DNA from: Planctomycetota bacterium
GTDB lineage: Bacteria; Planctomycetota; UBA1135; UBA2386
DNA: 64,000 nt
Assembly: GCA_965223545.1 (NCBI GenBank)
Contig: OZ245006.1
Coordinates: forward strand, 160,001-224,000
Direction of reading: 5' to 3'
The position numbers and the translations under genes are program-made. Position 1 is the first letter of the stretch; each line of letters begins with the position of its first letter. Below are positions 10,672-25,479 of this stretch, one piece after another. Under the pieces are notes generated by a model that made no database searches, was not told where the DNA came from, and worked only from the letters and a program-made list of their open reading frames with translations.

Positions 10672-13065
10672 TCACACCAACCGCGCCCGTTTGCGCAGCG
10701 TCCACTCGACCGCCAGGATCGCCAGCACGAGCAGCAGGGTCCACCAGGTGTCCCACAGCGGGCGCGTCTTGCGGTCGACCTCGCGCTCGAACGGAACCAC
10801 CTTGGCGAAGTCGTCGACCAGCGAATCGGCCTCGGCAAGGAAAACGTAGCGCCCGCCCTTGCTCGCCCGCGCGATCGCCTCCAGCGTCTCCCGATCCTGG
10901 CTCGAGTGCGCCAGCTCGCGATCGGGGATTTTGACCAGCACGTCCTCGCGGGCGAGGACTTCGCCTTCGGGGCGATCACCGCCCAGGACCAGCACCGACA
11001 CCGCGCCCGGCTCCTCGAGCACGAACGAGCCCTGGAACGACCCGGGCTCGGTCGGCACCGGCCGCAGCGTGCGCTTTTCGGCGCCCCCCTCGGGGCGCCG
11101 CAAGAACACCGCCGCCTCGGGCGCGCGGCTGGGCTGTAGCTCGTCGTCGCGCAGCTCGAGACGCACGCGCACCTGATCGCCGCTCTCGACGATGACCCGG
11201 TCGAGCGTCAGCGCGACGTTCTCGTCTTGGTGCTGCAGGCGGCCGCCGGCCAGATAGCGCACCGTGTTGCGCCAAAACGGGTCCATGTAGCGCTCGCCGT
11301 AGGGCTTGCGCCACCGCCACGTCTCGTCCGAGGCCAGCACGAAGGTCCGGCCCCGCGGGTAGTGGCTGGCCGCCGCCAGCACGCGGTTGCCGTAGGCGTT
11401 GCGATCCCTTGGATGCCGGAGCAAGACCTCGGCGCCGGCCTTGGCCTTGCGCACCGGAAAGTAGGTCGTCCAAGGTGCCAGCTTGCGCTCCCACAGGAGG
11501 GCGTTGGCCTCCGGGTCGCGGCGCAAGAGCGTGATCTCGTGCGGCTGGTGCGGTAGCTCCAGCTGCGGAGTGAAGCTGCCGCGGCGGTCCAACACCAGCG
11601 TCGCCAGCTCGGCGGGGTCCTCGAGCACGACCGGCAGCAGGTCCTCGAGCGCGGAGCGGCGGTAGTCGTGGGGCATGGCGTTCTCGCCGAACAGGAAGCC
11701 GACGCCGCCGCCCAGCTCGACGAACTCGACCAGCAGATCCAGCCACGCGGTGCGCTCCTGCTCGGTGCGCCCGAGCCGCTCCTTCGGCACGTCGCCGAGC
11801 AGAATCACGTCGTAGGCGAACAGCTCCTCGCGGGTGCTGGGCAGCGCCCGCAACGGCGGCAAGCCCTCGGTGCTCCAGTGCACGAAGTCGCGGCTCGCGT
11901 CGCACTGGTAGACCTGCGCTTCGATGCTGGTCGTGTCGACCCGGAGCAGCAGGTTCTTGACGTAGCGGTACTCCCAGCGCGGCAGATCCTCGACGTACAG
12001 CACGCGGATCCGCTGGTCCTCGACGCGCAGGAAGCGCGTGTCGACGTTGTCCTCGTGGCTGGTCTCCTCGGGGAGCGGATCGGCCGAGAAGCGCAGCGTG
12101 TAGTCCCCCGGCTCGGAGAACGCGTGGTACATCCGGAGCTTGACCGGGGCGCCGTCTTCGGCCAACACCGCGGTCGCCGTCGCGCGCGGCAGGTAGGGGC
12201 CTCCGTCGGCTTCGGCCGCCGACAGGGTCACGGTCACCGACGTGCCCTCGAGCCCCTCGGCGCTGAGCGTGACGTCGAACGCGACCTCTTCGTTCTTCAG
12301 CGCCTCCTTGGGACCGGCCGGGCCGACCAAGCGCAGATTGCGCGGTGGATTGGGATCACCGACACCGACCGTGTAGATCGGGATGTCGTCGTCGCCGTAG
12401 CGCTGGGCGATCTCGACCGGCGACAGGCCGCCGTTGTTGCGCCCATCCGACACCAGCACGACCGCGTCGAGGTTGGCGGCGGCGGCGTCGCCGCGCAGCA
12501 GATCGAGCGCCACGCCGAGCTGCGACTGCCGGCCCTTGGCCGTGAGCTCGTCGAAATCGCGGATCAACCGCGGCTCGCGGCTGAAGCGAAACAGGCGCAG
12601 GTCGTGCTTCTCGGCCAGCCGCTGCCACAGGCCGTCCGGTCGACCCAAGACCTGCGCCACCAACTCGGTGCGGGACAGCTGCGCCACCGGCTGGCCCACC
12701 AAGGTCGTCAGCGCCTCGTTCTGGGTGGCGTCGGGATAGGTGTCGCGCCGCTGCATGCTGGCGCTGTCGTCGATCAGCACCTGGACCTGAGTGCGGACGG
12801 TGGCGCGGCGGATCTCCTCGATGGACGGCTGGAACAGCGCCAGCAGCAGGATGGCGATCGCGGCGCCGCGCAGGCACGCCAGGACGATGCGGGTCGACGC
12901 CTCGAGGCGGCGCAGGCCGCCGTAGCACCACCAGGCGAACAGCACCACGACCGGCGCGATGAGCAGCGTCAGTTGCCACAGCTCCGGCAGGGCCAGAAAG
13001 CGAAACGTCTCCTCGGTGTGCACCGCGTCGCCGTCTTGCGCGATGGCGATCAAAGCCGGGATCAC
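10672..13065 (-). CDS. Membrane protein with vWA domain and glutamine-amidotransferase-like (DUF1355-type) domain
   Basis: MIDAS DDSASM, VLVSDG, RVLYVEDLPRWEYRY, YDVILLGDV, DETWRWR and a C-terminal TM ending EWTLRKRARLV. The GTG start at 13065 overlaps the upstream TGA. Confidence 0.85.
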   Translation of the reverse strand: MIPALIAIAQDGDAVHTEETFRFLALPELWQLTLLIAPVVVLFAWWCYGGLRRLEASTRIVLACLRGAAIAILLLALFQPSIEEIRRATVRTQVQVLIDDSASMQRRDTYPDATQNEALTTLVGQPVAQLSRTELVAQVLGRPDGLWQRLAEKHDLRLFRFSREPRLIRDFDELTAKGRQSQLGVALDLLRGDAAAANLDAVVLVSDGRNNGGLSPVEIAQRYGDDDIPIYTVGVGDPNPPRNLRLVGPAGPKEALKNEEVAFDVTLSAEGLEGTSVTVTLSAAEADGGPYLPRATATAVLAEDGAPVKLRMYHAFSEPGDYTLRFSADPLPEETSHEDNVDTRFLRVEDQRIRVLYVEDLPRWEYRYVKNLLLRVDTTSIEAQVYQCDASRDFVHWSTEGLPPLRALPSTREELFAYDVILLGDVPKERLGRTEQERTAWLDLLVEFVELGGGVGFLFGENAMPHDYRRSALEDLLPVVLEDPAELATLVLDRRGSFTPQLELPHQPHEITLLRRDPEANALLWERKLAPWTTYFPVRKAKAGAEVLLRHPRDRNAYGNRVLAAASHYPRGRTFVLASDETWRWRKPYGERYMDPFWRNTVRYLAGGRLQHQDENVALTLDRVIVESGDQVRVRLELRDDELQPSRAPEAAVFLRRPEGGAEKRTLRPVPTEPGSFQGSFVLEEPGAVSVLVLGGDRPEGEVLAREDVLVKIPDRELAHSSQDRETLEAIARASKGGRYVFLAEADSLVDDFAKVVPFEREVDRKTRPLWDTWWTLLLVLAILAVEWTLRKRARLV

Positions 13066-15329
13066 GCGCGCCTCCGCTGGACGAAGCGGGCCATCAACGC
13101 CTCGCCAATCAGCACCGCGAGCGCGACCCACAGGAGCAGGATGCCGAAGTCGTGGTTGCCGGAGTGCAGGACATCTCCCCGGTCGCTGGGCAGATCGCGC
13201 AGGATGGTCTGCACGCCGAGCCGCTCGCGCGCGGCGGCGTGGGAGAGAAAGACGAGGTCGCCCTCGGCGGGGTCGACGTCGACGGCGAAGTACAGTCGCT
13301 CGGCTTCGGCGACCCCGTCGCGTTCGACGTCGAGCTCGACGGTGTAGACCCCGGCATGGCGGGTGTCGCGGAACGCCGGCAGGGCAAAGCGGCCGCCCTC
13401 GAGCGTGCGGCTCTCGGTCGCCAGCGACACCTTGCCGCCGCCGGCGCGCTCGGGAGGCAGCACGAACGCGTTGGCCGGCTTGCCGTCGATCACACAGCCG
13501 AGCGCGGCGCCGACCGACACGTTGAACGGGTCACCGGATGGCAGCACGAGCCATTTGGCGGTCTCGTGAAACAGCGGAAACGCCATCACCCCGAGGTCGA
13601 ACCGGTTCCACGGTGGCTGCCGGCGGCTGACGGGGCTGGTCCAGAACAGCGCCTTGCCACCGCCCAAGCCGGCCGCGACGACCAGCGGCGTGCGCGCGTC
13701 GTCGTGCAGGCGCGCGAGGATCTGGCCGGCCTCGGCGTCGAAGTGCGTCGACGCCAGACACCGGTACACCGGGGTCAGCTCGAACAGCGAGTAGTAGACG
13801 TCCTCGATGAACCCCTCGGCGAAGATCGGGTGGTCCGGCTGCGCGATCTCGGCGGTGTAGTAGCTGTCGCCGCCGGGGGTGTAGCCGTGCACGCCGGTCA
13901 GCTCCATCGGCATCAAGCCGCGGCCGTGCAAGTGCAGGTTGTAGCTGGCGGGATCGACCGCATCGCCCAACATCACCCACAGCGCGCCGCCGCCGGCGAC
14001 CATCGCGGCGAGGCGATCGGCCGCCGCCTCGTTCAGCCGCTCGACGTTGGCGAGCACGACGACGTCGTAGTCTTCGAGCTCGAGCCGGTCGGCGAGCAGG
14101 TCCAGCGGCGTCGCCACCTCGACCGCGAACATCGCGGTGGTCGCGTCGCCCTCGCCCTGCGTCGGGTCGAGCACCTGCCACAGGTGGCCGCCGTCCATCA
14201 GGTCCGGATCGCGCTCGGCCGAGCCCTCGACCAACAGCACCCGGATCCGCTCGCGCACGCGGATGACCAGGTGCCGGGCGTTGTCGGCGGCCAGCGCGTC
14301 GTCCTCCAGCCGGGCGCGCAGATGGTGCTCACCCGCGGTGCGGAACGCCGCGGTGAACTCGACCTCGCCCTCGGCGCCCGCCTCGAGCCGTAGACCGCGA
14401 ACGCTGGGCTGCTCGCCCTCGAGCTCCAGGGTGACCTGCACGGTGCGGGTCACGTCACAGCGGTTGCGTACGCGGGCCACCACGGGCACCGCGCTGTTGG
14501 CCAGCGCGACTGGCACCCCCAGCCGCAGATCCGTCAGCTGCACGTTGTCGACGCGCGCCGGTTGCTGCTCGTGGGCGACGCCGCCCGCGTCCAGCACGAT
14601 GAGCTCGGCGCGGTCGCGGATGCGCAGCAAGTGGTCGTCGAGCGTGTCGCGGAAGCCGTCGGCCGGCGCGGCATCCGGCTGGGCTTCATCGGGATCGGCA
14701 TCGGCCTCGCTGCCGAACGCCCGGTGTTGCAGGTCGGTCAGCAAGTAGACGACGGCCTCGCCCTCGCTGCGCTCGAGCAGCTCGGCCACCTGGCCAAGCG
14801 CCTCGGACAGATCCCCGGCACTGTCCGGCGGCGCGGTCTCGGCGGCCAGCCGGGCCTTGACGCGGCCGAGGTCGAGCACCTCCTGCAGCGGGATCCGCGG
14901 CCGCACGCCGGCCAAGACCAGGGTGACGCGATTGCCGGCCGGCTCCTCCAGGCGGTCGACCAGCTCGGTCGCCAAATCCCGCATCCGCGCAAACGGACTC
15001 TGCGCGCTGTCGGGGTGCATGCCGGTGCTGTAGCTCGCGTCCAGCACCAGGACGTGGTGCGCCGTGCTCGCGGCCAGCGGGCTGGAGGCCGCGTCGAGCA
15101 TCGGCCGGGCGATCGCGAACGCGACGACCACCGGGATCAGGCAGCGCAGCAGGAGCAGGAGGATGTTCTCGGTGCGCAGCCGGCGCCGCTGCTTCTTGTA
15201 GGCGCGCAGCAGAAAGTCCATCGCCGCCCACTCGCGGCGCTTGTAGCGCTGCCGGTTGAGCAGGTGGATGATGAGCGGCACCGCGAACAGCAGCGCACCG
15301 AACAGCAGCGTGGGGTGTAGGAACGACAT
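13062..15329 (-). CDS. BatA-domain / vWA membrane protein
   Basis: N-terminal 'PLIIHLLNR...WAAMDFL' BatA motif, DASYS MIDAS-like motif, LTDLQ and a C-terminal TM. Confidence 0.9.
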   Translation of the reverse strand: MSFLHPTLLFGALLFAVPLIIHLLNRQRYKRREWAAMDFLLRAYKKQRRRLRTENILLLLLRCLIPVVVAFAIARPMLDAASSPLAASTAHHVLVLDASYSTGMHPDSAQSPFARMRDLATELVDRLEEPAGNRVTLVLAGVRPRIPLQEVLDLGRVKARLAAETAPPDSAGDLSEALGQVAELLERSEGEAVVYLLTDLQHRAFGSEADADPDEAQPDAAPADGFRDTLDDHLLRIRDRAELIVLDAGGVAHEQQPARVDNVQLTDLRLGVPVALANSAVPVVARVRNRCDVTRTVQVTLELEGEQPSVRGLRLEAGAEGEVEFTAAFRTAGEHHLRARLEDDALAADNARHLVIRVRERIRVLLVEGSAERDPDLMDGGHLWQVLDPTQGEGDATTAMFAVEVATPLDLLADRLELEDYDVVVLANVERLNEAAADRLAAMVAGGGALWVMLGDAVDPASYNLHLHGRGLMPMELTGVHGYTPGGDSYYTAEIAQPDHPIFAEGFIEDVYYSLFELTPVYRCLASTHFDAEAGQILARLHDDARTPLVVAAGLGGGKALFWTSPVSRRQPPWNRFDLGVMAFPLFHETAKWLVLPSGDPFNVSVGAALGCVIDGKPANAFVLPPERAGGGKVSLATESRTLEGGRFALPAFRDTRHAGVYTVELDVERDGVAEAERLYFAVDVDPAEGDLVFLSHAAARERLGVQTILRDLPSDRGDVLHSGNHDFGILLLWVALAVLIGEALMARFVQRRRA

Positions 15330-15335
15330 CGTCCG

Positions 15336-16247
15336 CTACTTCCGCCGTTTCGCGCGCGCCGCGCGCGCCGCCAGGTAGCTCGACAGCACGACGTCCAGCG
15401 GCTGGTTGTTGACGACGCGCACGTAGTCGAAGCCCTGCGCCAGGCAGCCCTTGCGCATCCGCTTCTGGAAGTCGGTGATCTCGGCCAGGTAGGCGTCCTT
15501 CAGCGAGCGCGGGTCGACGAGCAGCTCGGGCAGCTCCTCCATCCCGTCGAACAGCGTCATGCGCTCGAACGGGAACTCGACCTCGTCGCGATCCAAGACG
15601 TGGAACACGACCACGTCGTGGCCGCGGCGGCCGAGCTCCTGCAGCCCGCGCAAGACGGTGTCGGGCTCGTCGAACAGGTCGGAGAACACCATTGCCATGC
15701 CGCGCTGGGAGAGGCGGGATGCCAGCTCGTGCAACGCCGCACCGACCCGGGTCTTGGCGGTCGGCTCGGCCTCCTCGAGGGCGGCGAAGACGTTGCCGAG
15801 GTTGGCGCGCGTGTTGCTCGGCGGCACGGTCTTGGTCACCGCCTCGTGGAACAGGCTCAGACCGACGGCATCCGACTGCTGCTGGATCAAGTACGAGAGC
15901 GCGGCGACGCCGGTGGCGGCGTAGTCGAACTTCGACATGCCCTCCTCGTGCGCGTACGCCATCGACTCGCTCTGGTCGACGAAGAGGTGAGCCCGCAGGT
16001 TGGTCTCCTCTTCGAACTCCTTGATGTAGAAGCGGTCCGACTTGCCCAGCAGCTTCCAATCCAAGAAGCGGATGTCGTCGCCGGGCACGTACTCGCGGTG
16101 CTGGGCGAACTCCACCGAGAAGCCGCGGTACGGCGAGCGGTGCATGCCGCTGACGAAGCCCTCGACGACCAACCGCGCGCGCAGCTCGAGCTTGGTGACC
16201 TTGTTGAGGACCGCCGGGTCCAGGTAGTTGGTCGTGGTTTCCGCCAT
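15336..16247 (-). CDS. DUF58 domain protein
   Basis: GMHRSPYRGFSVEFAQHREYVPGDDIRFLDWK...IKEFEEETN is the DUF58 signature. Confidence 0.95.
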   Translation of the reverse strand: MAETTTNYLDPAVLNKVTKLELRARLVVEGFVSGMHRSPYRGFSVEFAQHREYVPGDDIRFLDWKLLGKSDRFYIKEFEEETNLRAHLFVDQSESMAYAHEEGMSKFDYAATGVAALSYLIQQQSDAVGLSLFHEAVTKTVPPSNTRANLGNVFAALEEAEPTAKTRVGAALHELASRLSQRGMAMVFSDLFDEPDTVLRGLQELGRRGHDVVVFHVLDRDEVEFPFERMTLFDGMEELPELLVDPRSLKDAYLAEITDFQKRMRKGCLAQGFDYVRVVNNQPLDVVLSSYLAARAARAKRRK

Positions 16248-16290
16248 GTCGTCCCCAACGCCGCCGCGCGCGGCTCAGCCCGGCGCGGCG

Positions 16291-17352
<1,062 letters not shown>

Positions 17353-17737
17353 GAGTCTCTACAGCCACCGCCGAGGGTGGCGCTTGGGGTGGACAGGTGC
17401 CCGCCGACGGCGGGGCTCCTGCGGGCCGATTCGGGATACGGGCGTGACCGTCCCACCGAGAACGCCTTTTCTGACCGGCCGTTCAGAAAGTCCTCCCCGC
17501 CCTGGCCGGCAGCCGGCCGGCGGCGCGCTGGCCCGGCCGCCGCGATTCCGCGGGCGGCCAACGTCGGCCAACGGGTCGGAGGGGTTTCTCAAACTGCCTC
17601 GGCGAGCGGCGCGGAGCTCGACAACCGGGCGCCGCAGGAACGTGTCACGGAGTACGAATACAGACAGTAGCTTCCGGCGGGGGCGAAGATAACTCTCCCC
17701 GTCGGGCGGCCGCCCAAGATTCTTCTCGCGGGTCGCG

Positions 17738-18063
17738 TCAGCGCCACGACTCGGGGCCCGGCTCCGCTTGCTCCGGCGTGGCCTCGGGATACCGCGCGAG
17801 CAGCTCGTCGGGGGTCATCCCCAGGCGGTCGATCTCGACCAGCAAGGTCTGCGGGTCGTAGCGCAGGCCGAGCTCGGTGTCGCGGAGCGCCGCATTGCGC
17901 CCGGCGAGCTGCTCGAGCAGCCGCTCCCGCTGGCGCTCGATGTCGCCCAGCTGGCGCTCCTCTGCCGCGGCGGGCACCATCGCGGTGAAGAACACCACCG
18001 CCGCCAGCAGCGCACAGAACGCCGACAGCAGGAGCGGAAACCGCATCGGGGGAGAGCTGCTCA

Positions 18064-18064
<1 letters not shown>
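17738..18064 (-). CDS. Small bitopic coiled-coil membrane protein, FtsB/DivIC-like
   Basis: 108-aa ORF (MSSSPPMRFPLLL...) whose ATG overlaps the eno stop (TGATG). It has one TM, a leucine heptad coil and 'L.YDP..L...I..LGM'. It sits in the position ftsB occupies after eno in many bacteria. Confidence 0.6.
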
Positions 18065-21887
<3,823 letters not shown>

Positions 21888-22197
21888 GGGCCGCCACGTG
21901 CGCTCGGGGAACCTAGCCAGCGCGTCACCCTGTCGCCGGCGCGAATGACGGGCCACGACCTCGAACCTCCGGCGCGACGAGTCGTCGATCGGCGACAACG
22001 GGTCAAGGTGGAGAGGAGGAGACCTGGTTGCGGCAAGCACGTTGCAAGCAACCAAAACCCCGCCTCCCGCGCCTTCCCCCTGAGCGATCCGTGAAACCGC
22101 GCAGCGAGCGGGCACATGGTGACGCACCGACGACGGTCTGGGCGATGCCAAGTGTTTACACCGCGAAAGCCGGCACTCATTCAGCGGGATCGTCCGA

Positions 22198-23823
22198 TTA
22201 CGGCTGTGTGGCAAGGAAGCGATTCAGCAACTTTCCCATCTCTGCGGGACTCATACGCCTGCTTTTGGGAAGAAGCAACCCCATGAGCTTCTTGCGGATC
22301 GCACCTGACCATACGACCGGCGTTGTCCCGCCGCTTGCGGTCGTGCTAGCGAAACTGCTAGACGGCATCGTGGGATCGAACAATCGACCAGTGTCCGGCG
22401 CGTAGAAAGCCGTATCTCGAATCATGAAGCTGGCTATGTCCGAGACAGCCACAAGACCCGAGGGGAGTCCAACCCACCACTGCGTCGAAATTAGTCCGCC
22501 GGCCAAGTTCGGGTCGCTAGGAATAGGAAGCCGAACATAGCCGATGCCAGGTTTGGCGGTACTCCACACTACCAGCTCTGAGGAAATGGCGGTTGCGCTG
22601 TTCAGATAAGGCTTTCCGCCTGATGGATACACGATATCGTCGGGTGTACCTATCACGCATGCCGCAGCGTAATTCGATATCGTAACCTGGCCAGGGACAT
22701 CATGATCCGCGAACACATGAAGAGAGAAGCCCGGATTCCCAACATAGGCTTGCTTCGCGAGAGGAGCCAAAGGCCGCAACACGCTCCCTGCATCGATTCT
22801 CGAGACGCATCCAACGCTCTCGATCGGAGAAACAAACGGCGGTCCGGGCACGGGCATGCTTGCAGTTTGCGCCGCTAGAACATCTCCAAACGCGAGCTGT
22901 TGCAGAGGGGCCGATCCCGAACCAGTCCCGTCGGTGGTTCCTGCGGCGAAATTGGTCCAGGAGCCCGATTGCCATTTCTTGACAATCACCACCGTGTTAG
23001 GGGGGCCAGTGAAAGATACGCTGGAGTTATTGATGCGAAGCCCCTTCTGGAGAGAGGCCCAGCTCTCGGTACCGATTACTTCTGTCGCAACACCTCCCTG
23101 AGTGTCGATCCAGAAGTATCTCTCGTGCATTCCCAAGTTGTAGTTGAGGGCCAACAGCTTCTGGCCACTCGGATCAGCGCTCAGGCTGTAGTCGAGTATG
23201 TTGGGCCACGCTAGCTGACTGATGGTCGACGAATCGGCAAAGAGGTTCCACACAGGTGGCAGTGCGCCGGAAACGTAAGGCGCCGATAAGATCTCACATC
23301 CCGAGGCGTCCCACTTCATGACATACAGAGTCGGGCCAGCTCCTCCCGTCGCGTGCGCCACTCCGATAATATCGGCGCCATCCCAAGACACACGGCTAGA
23401 TTCCGCGATCACGCCCAAGGTGTTTTCCGAGTAGCGGAGCAACACTCCCTTGTCGCTCGTATTATCCCGCCCGCAAACGATGGCGGAGTAATCGCTTGAG
23501 ACTATCGCGTCACCGTAGATTTCAGGTAAGGCTGAGCCCAAGCCACTGGCCAAGCCGATATCCCACCGAAACACCCTCGCAGAGCTCGCTGTTGCTGTCT
23601 CGATAAGGTTCAGGTGCTCGGTTCTGGGTGCGCGGATCCCTCGACTCTCTCTGGGCCAGGGCTGCGCTCCCTTCACTGAGTCAGCAAGAGGGAGGAGCAA
23701 GAGGACAAGCAGGATGTGGGCGCGAAGCCGCCACCCTCTGCGCACCTGAGCGCAACCATTCCGGCCAAGACTATCCATCAGCAGAAACCTTGTTGCAGAA
23801 CTCATGTGACTAGAAACCACCAA
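22198..23823 (-). CDS. Secreted beta-rich hypothetical protein (AT-richer island), with a C-terminal PIP..P.L.G...Q domain
   Basis: 541-aa ORF with atypical codon usage and S/T/G/W-rich beta character. The true start is uncertain, and it may be the 3' half of a split gene. Confidence 0.6.
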   Translation of the reverse strand: MVVSSHMSSATRFLLMDSLGRNGCAQVRRGWRLRAHILLVLLLLPLADSVKGAQPWPRESRGIRAPRTEHLNLIETATASSARVFRWDIGLASGLGSALPEIYGDAIVSSDYSAIVCGRDNTSDKGVLLRYSENTLGVIAESSRVSWDGADIIGVAHATGGAGPTLYVMKWDASGCEILSAPYVSGALPPVWNLFADSSTISQLAWPNILDYSLSADPSGQKLLALNYNLGMHERYFWIDTQGGVATEVIGTESWASLQKGLRINNSSVSFTGPPNTVVIVKKWQSGSWTNFAAGTTDGTGSGSAPLQQLAFGDVLAAQTASMPVPGPPFVSPIESVGCVSRIDAGSVLRPLAPLAKQAYVGNPGFSLHVFADHDVPGQVTISNYAAACVIGTPDDIVYPSGGKPYLNSATAISSELVVWSTAKPGIGYVRLPIPSDPNLAGGLISTQWWVGLPSGLVAVSDIASFMIRDTAFYAPDTGRLFDPTMPSSSFASTTASGGTTPVVWSGAIRKKLMGLLLPKSRRMSPAEMGKLLNRFLATQP

Positions 23824-24473
23824 TCAATCATTTCGTGAAGGAAGGCGCAGAGGTCATCAATCTCTTGGCATAAGGCATCATGCATCGGACTACCCGGCAC
23901 ATTGTAGCATGGGTCGTTAACTTTCATGCTGTTCATCATGTCTTTTTCGCACTCAATAGCGCCAATCTCCCAGCATGCTTCTTGTCCGCCAACCGGGTTG
24001 AATCCACCTGGCCCGGAGTCAGAATCGGCATGTTTCACCTCGTGGAGGAATGTCAGCACCGTGATATCGCATTGCAGCTTCGCCTGCTGTTCCGGCGTCA
24101 GATGCGGATACTCGTTCTTGAGGGGTTGGAAGTTCTTAGCAAAGAACTCCGGATGAATGAAGATGTACACAGTGTCCTCTGTCCCAGGCTGCGGATCTTC
24201 AGGTTCGCGGTGCTTTGTTTGCCCGCGTATCGCACCCCCAAGGCCTTCCGGCGGCGTCGCCGCAAACACATCGCCGTCCTCGACCAACTCTTCCGCTGCT
24301 TGCCTGAGACTTTCGTGCTCCGCCTTCTGCGAAGAGCTGGGCATCTGTTCTATCAGCTCCTGCCACCGAGTGCTGATTGGCTCGAATTGGTTCTCTGTTA
24401 TCGGCGTAAACTGTGCCGCCACAGAACACGGCAGCGCCAAGAACACTAACACACCGAAAGCTATGATCTTCAT
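23802..24473 (-). CDS. Secreted hypothetical protein with HExxH (zincin-like) motif and Cys-rich tail
   Basis: Signal peptide MKIIAFGVLVFLALPCSVAAQ, TFLHEVKH, a downstream 'CWEIGA' and several Cys. Confidence 0.6.
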   Translation of the reverse strand: MKIIAFGVLVFLALPCSVAAQFTPITENQFEPISTRWQELIEQMPSSSQKAEHESLRQAAEELVEDGDVFAATPPEGLGGAIRGQTKHREPEDPQPGTEDTVYIFIHPEFFAKNFQPLKNEYPHLTPEQQAKLQCDITVLTFLHEVKHADSDSGPGGFNPVGGQEACWEIGAIECEKDMMNSMKVNDPCYNVPGSPMHDALCQEIDDLCAFLHEMIDWWFLVT

Positions 24474-24799
24474 GTCAGACACTCTGCGAAAGTCGGAAGG
24501 GGCACTGGCACTACACGTGGGGCAGAGTGAGGGGAAATGGCCAGAGATGGTCTCCCCATCGGAACGCTCTGCGATGTGGATCAAAGTTCAAGTAAGCGAT
24601 AGCGCACACCCGCCTCAATACAGCTCTCTCAGAGCTGGGTGCAGCGGGGCGGTTGATCATGTCGAGTTGCTGGAAGCAGTAACTAATGAGGGGCGGCCGG
24701 TGGCCCAACTTTCGCAGTTATTTTTCTTCCCGCCATCAGCGAGTCAGGCGTCGCTCGCGGAGGCGCCCCGTACAGGAGTTGTTGGTGTTCTCAGCGTTG

Positions 24800-25479
24800 C
24801 TTGATCGGGGGATAGCGCCCGGTTTGCCACACCAGCTACCGACCACGAGACCAAGACGTCATCGGGCATCTGAGGCATCACGTCCGGGGGGCCTCCGCGT
24901 CGTGATCTCGCTGGCCGGTGACCGAAGCTGCGACTTCGATTCCGGCGATCGGCGCTCCGTTGTGATCCCGGCAGATCACTCGTTGCTCGTGCCGCGTGCG
25001 AGTTGGACCAACCTCCGCTCCCCGGGCCGTCGACTGGCAACCCGCGCGGGGAGATGGGAATCCGTGACAACCGAGATCTTCGCGGCGGCGGACGGCGCAA
25101 GGCGAGCCCCCCCGCGGTGGTTTGCGTTCGCCAAGGCGTCGGCCTTCCTCACTGTCGAGGCGGCGGAGTAGCGATACACCCTCGCTCCTGCCCCTGGGGA
25201 TCCATCCGACAGAACGATCACAATCGTCGTAGCATTCTCTCCATCCTCATCGGCCTCAGCCCCGTCTTGCACGTGAGGGACGGGCAGCCGCTCCCTTGCC
25301 GATGGACGCCCCTCTCGGTCGACTGCCGCAAGCTCCGGAGAGGTTCGCGCCACAGCGGGTGCCGCCGCATCCCCGACAGGGTTCAAGAGAAACCACCAGA
25401 TCACGACGATCGCGACGGTTGCGACAAGAACGGCGACTGCAAGGCGAGGGCGCACGACTCCGCTCGAGCACCTGGACAT
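24800..25479 (-). pseudogene. Frameshifted or truncated membrane-anchored protein with carboxypeptidase-regulatory-like (CnaB-type) repeats
   Basis: The ATG overlaps the upp stop. The ORF has a TM and 'LSDGSPGAGARV' and stops at 24976. A shifted frame continues 'VICRDHNGAPIAGIEVAAS' and stops again near a G-run at about 24885. The 3' end is approximate. Confidence 0.45.

Noticed and set aside
17353..17737. ncRNA or tRNA in the moxR-ftsB-like intergenic region
   Set aside because: Only short GC hairpins are present, with no cloverleaf or recognisable family motif. No tRNA or rRNA was seen anywhere in the window.
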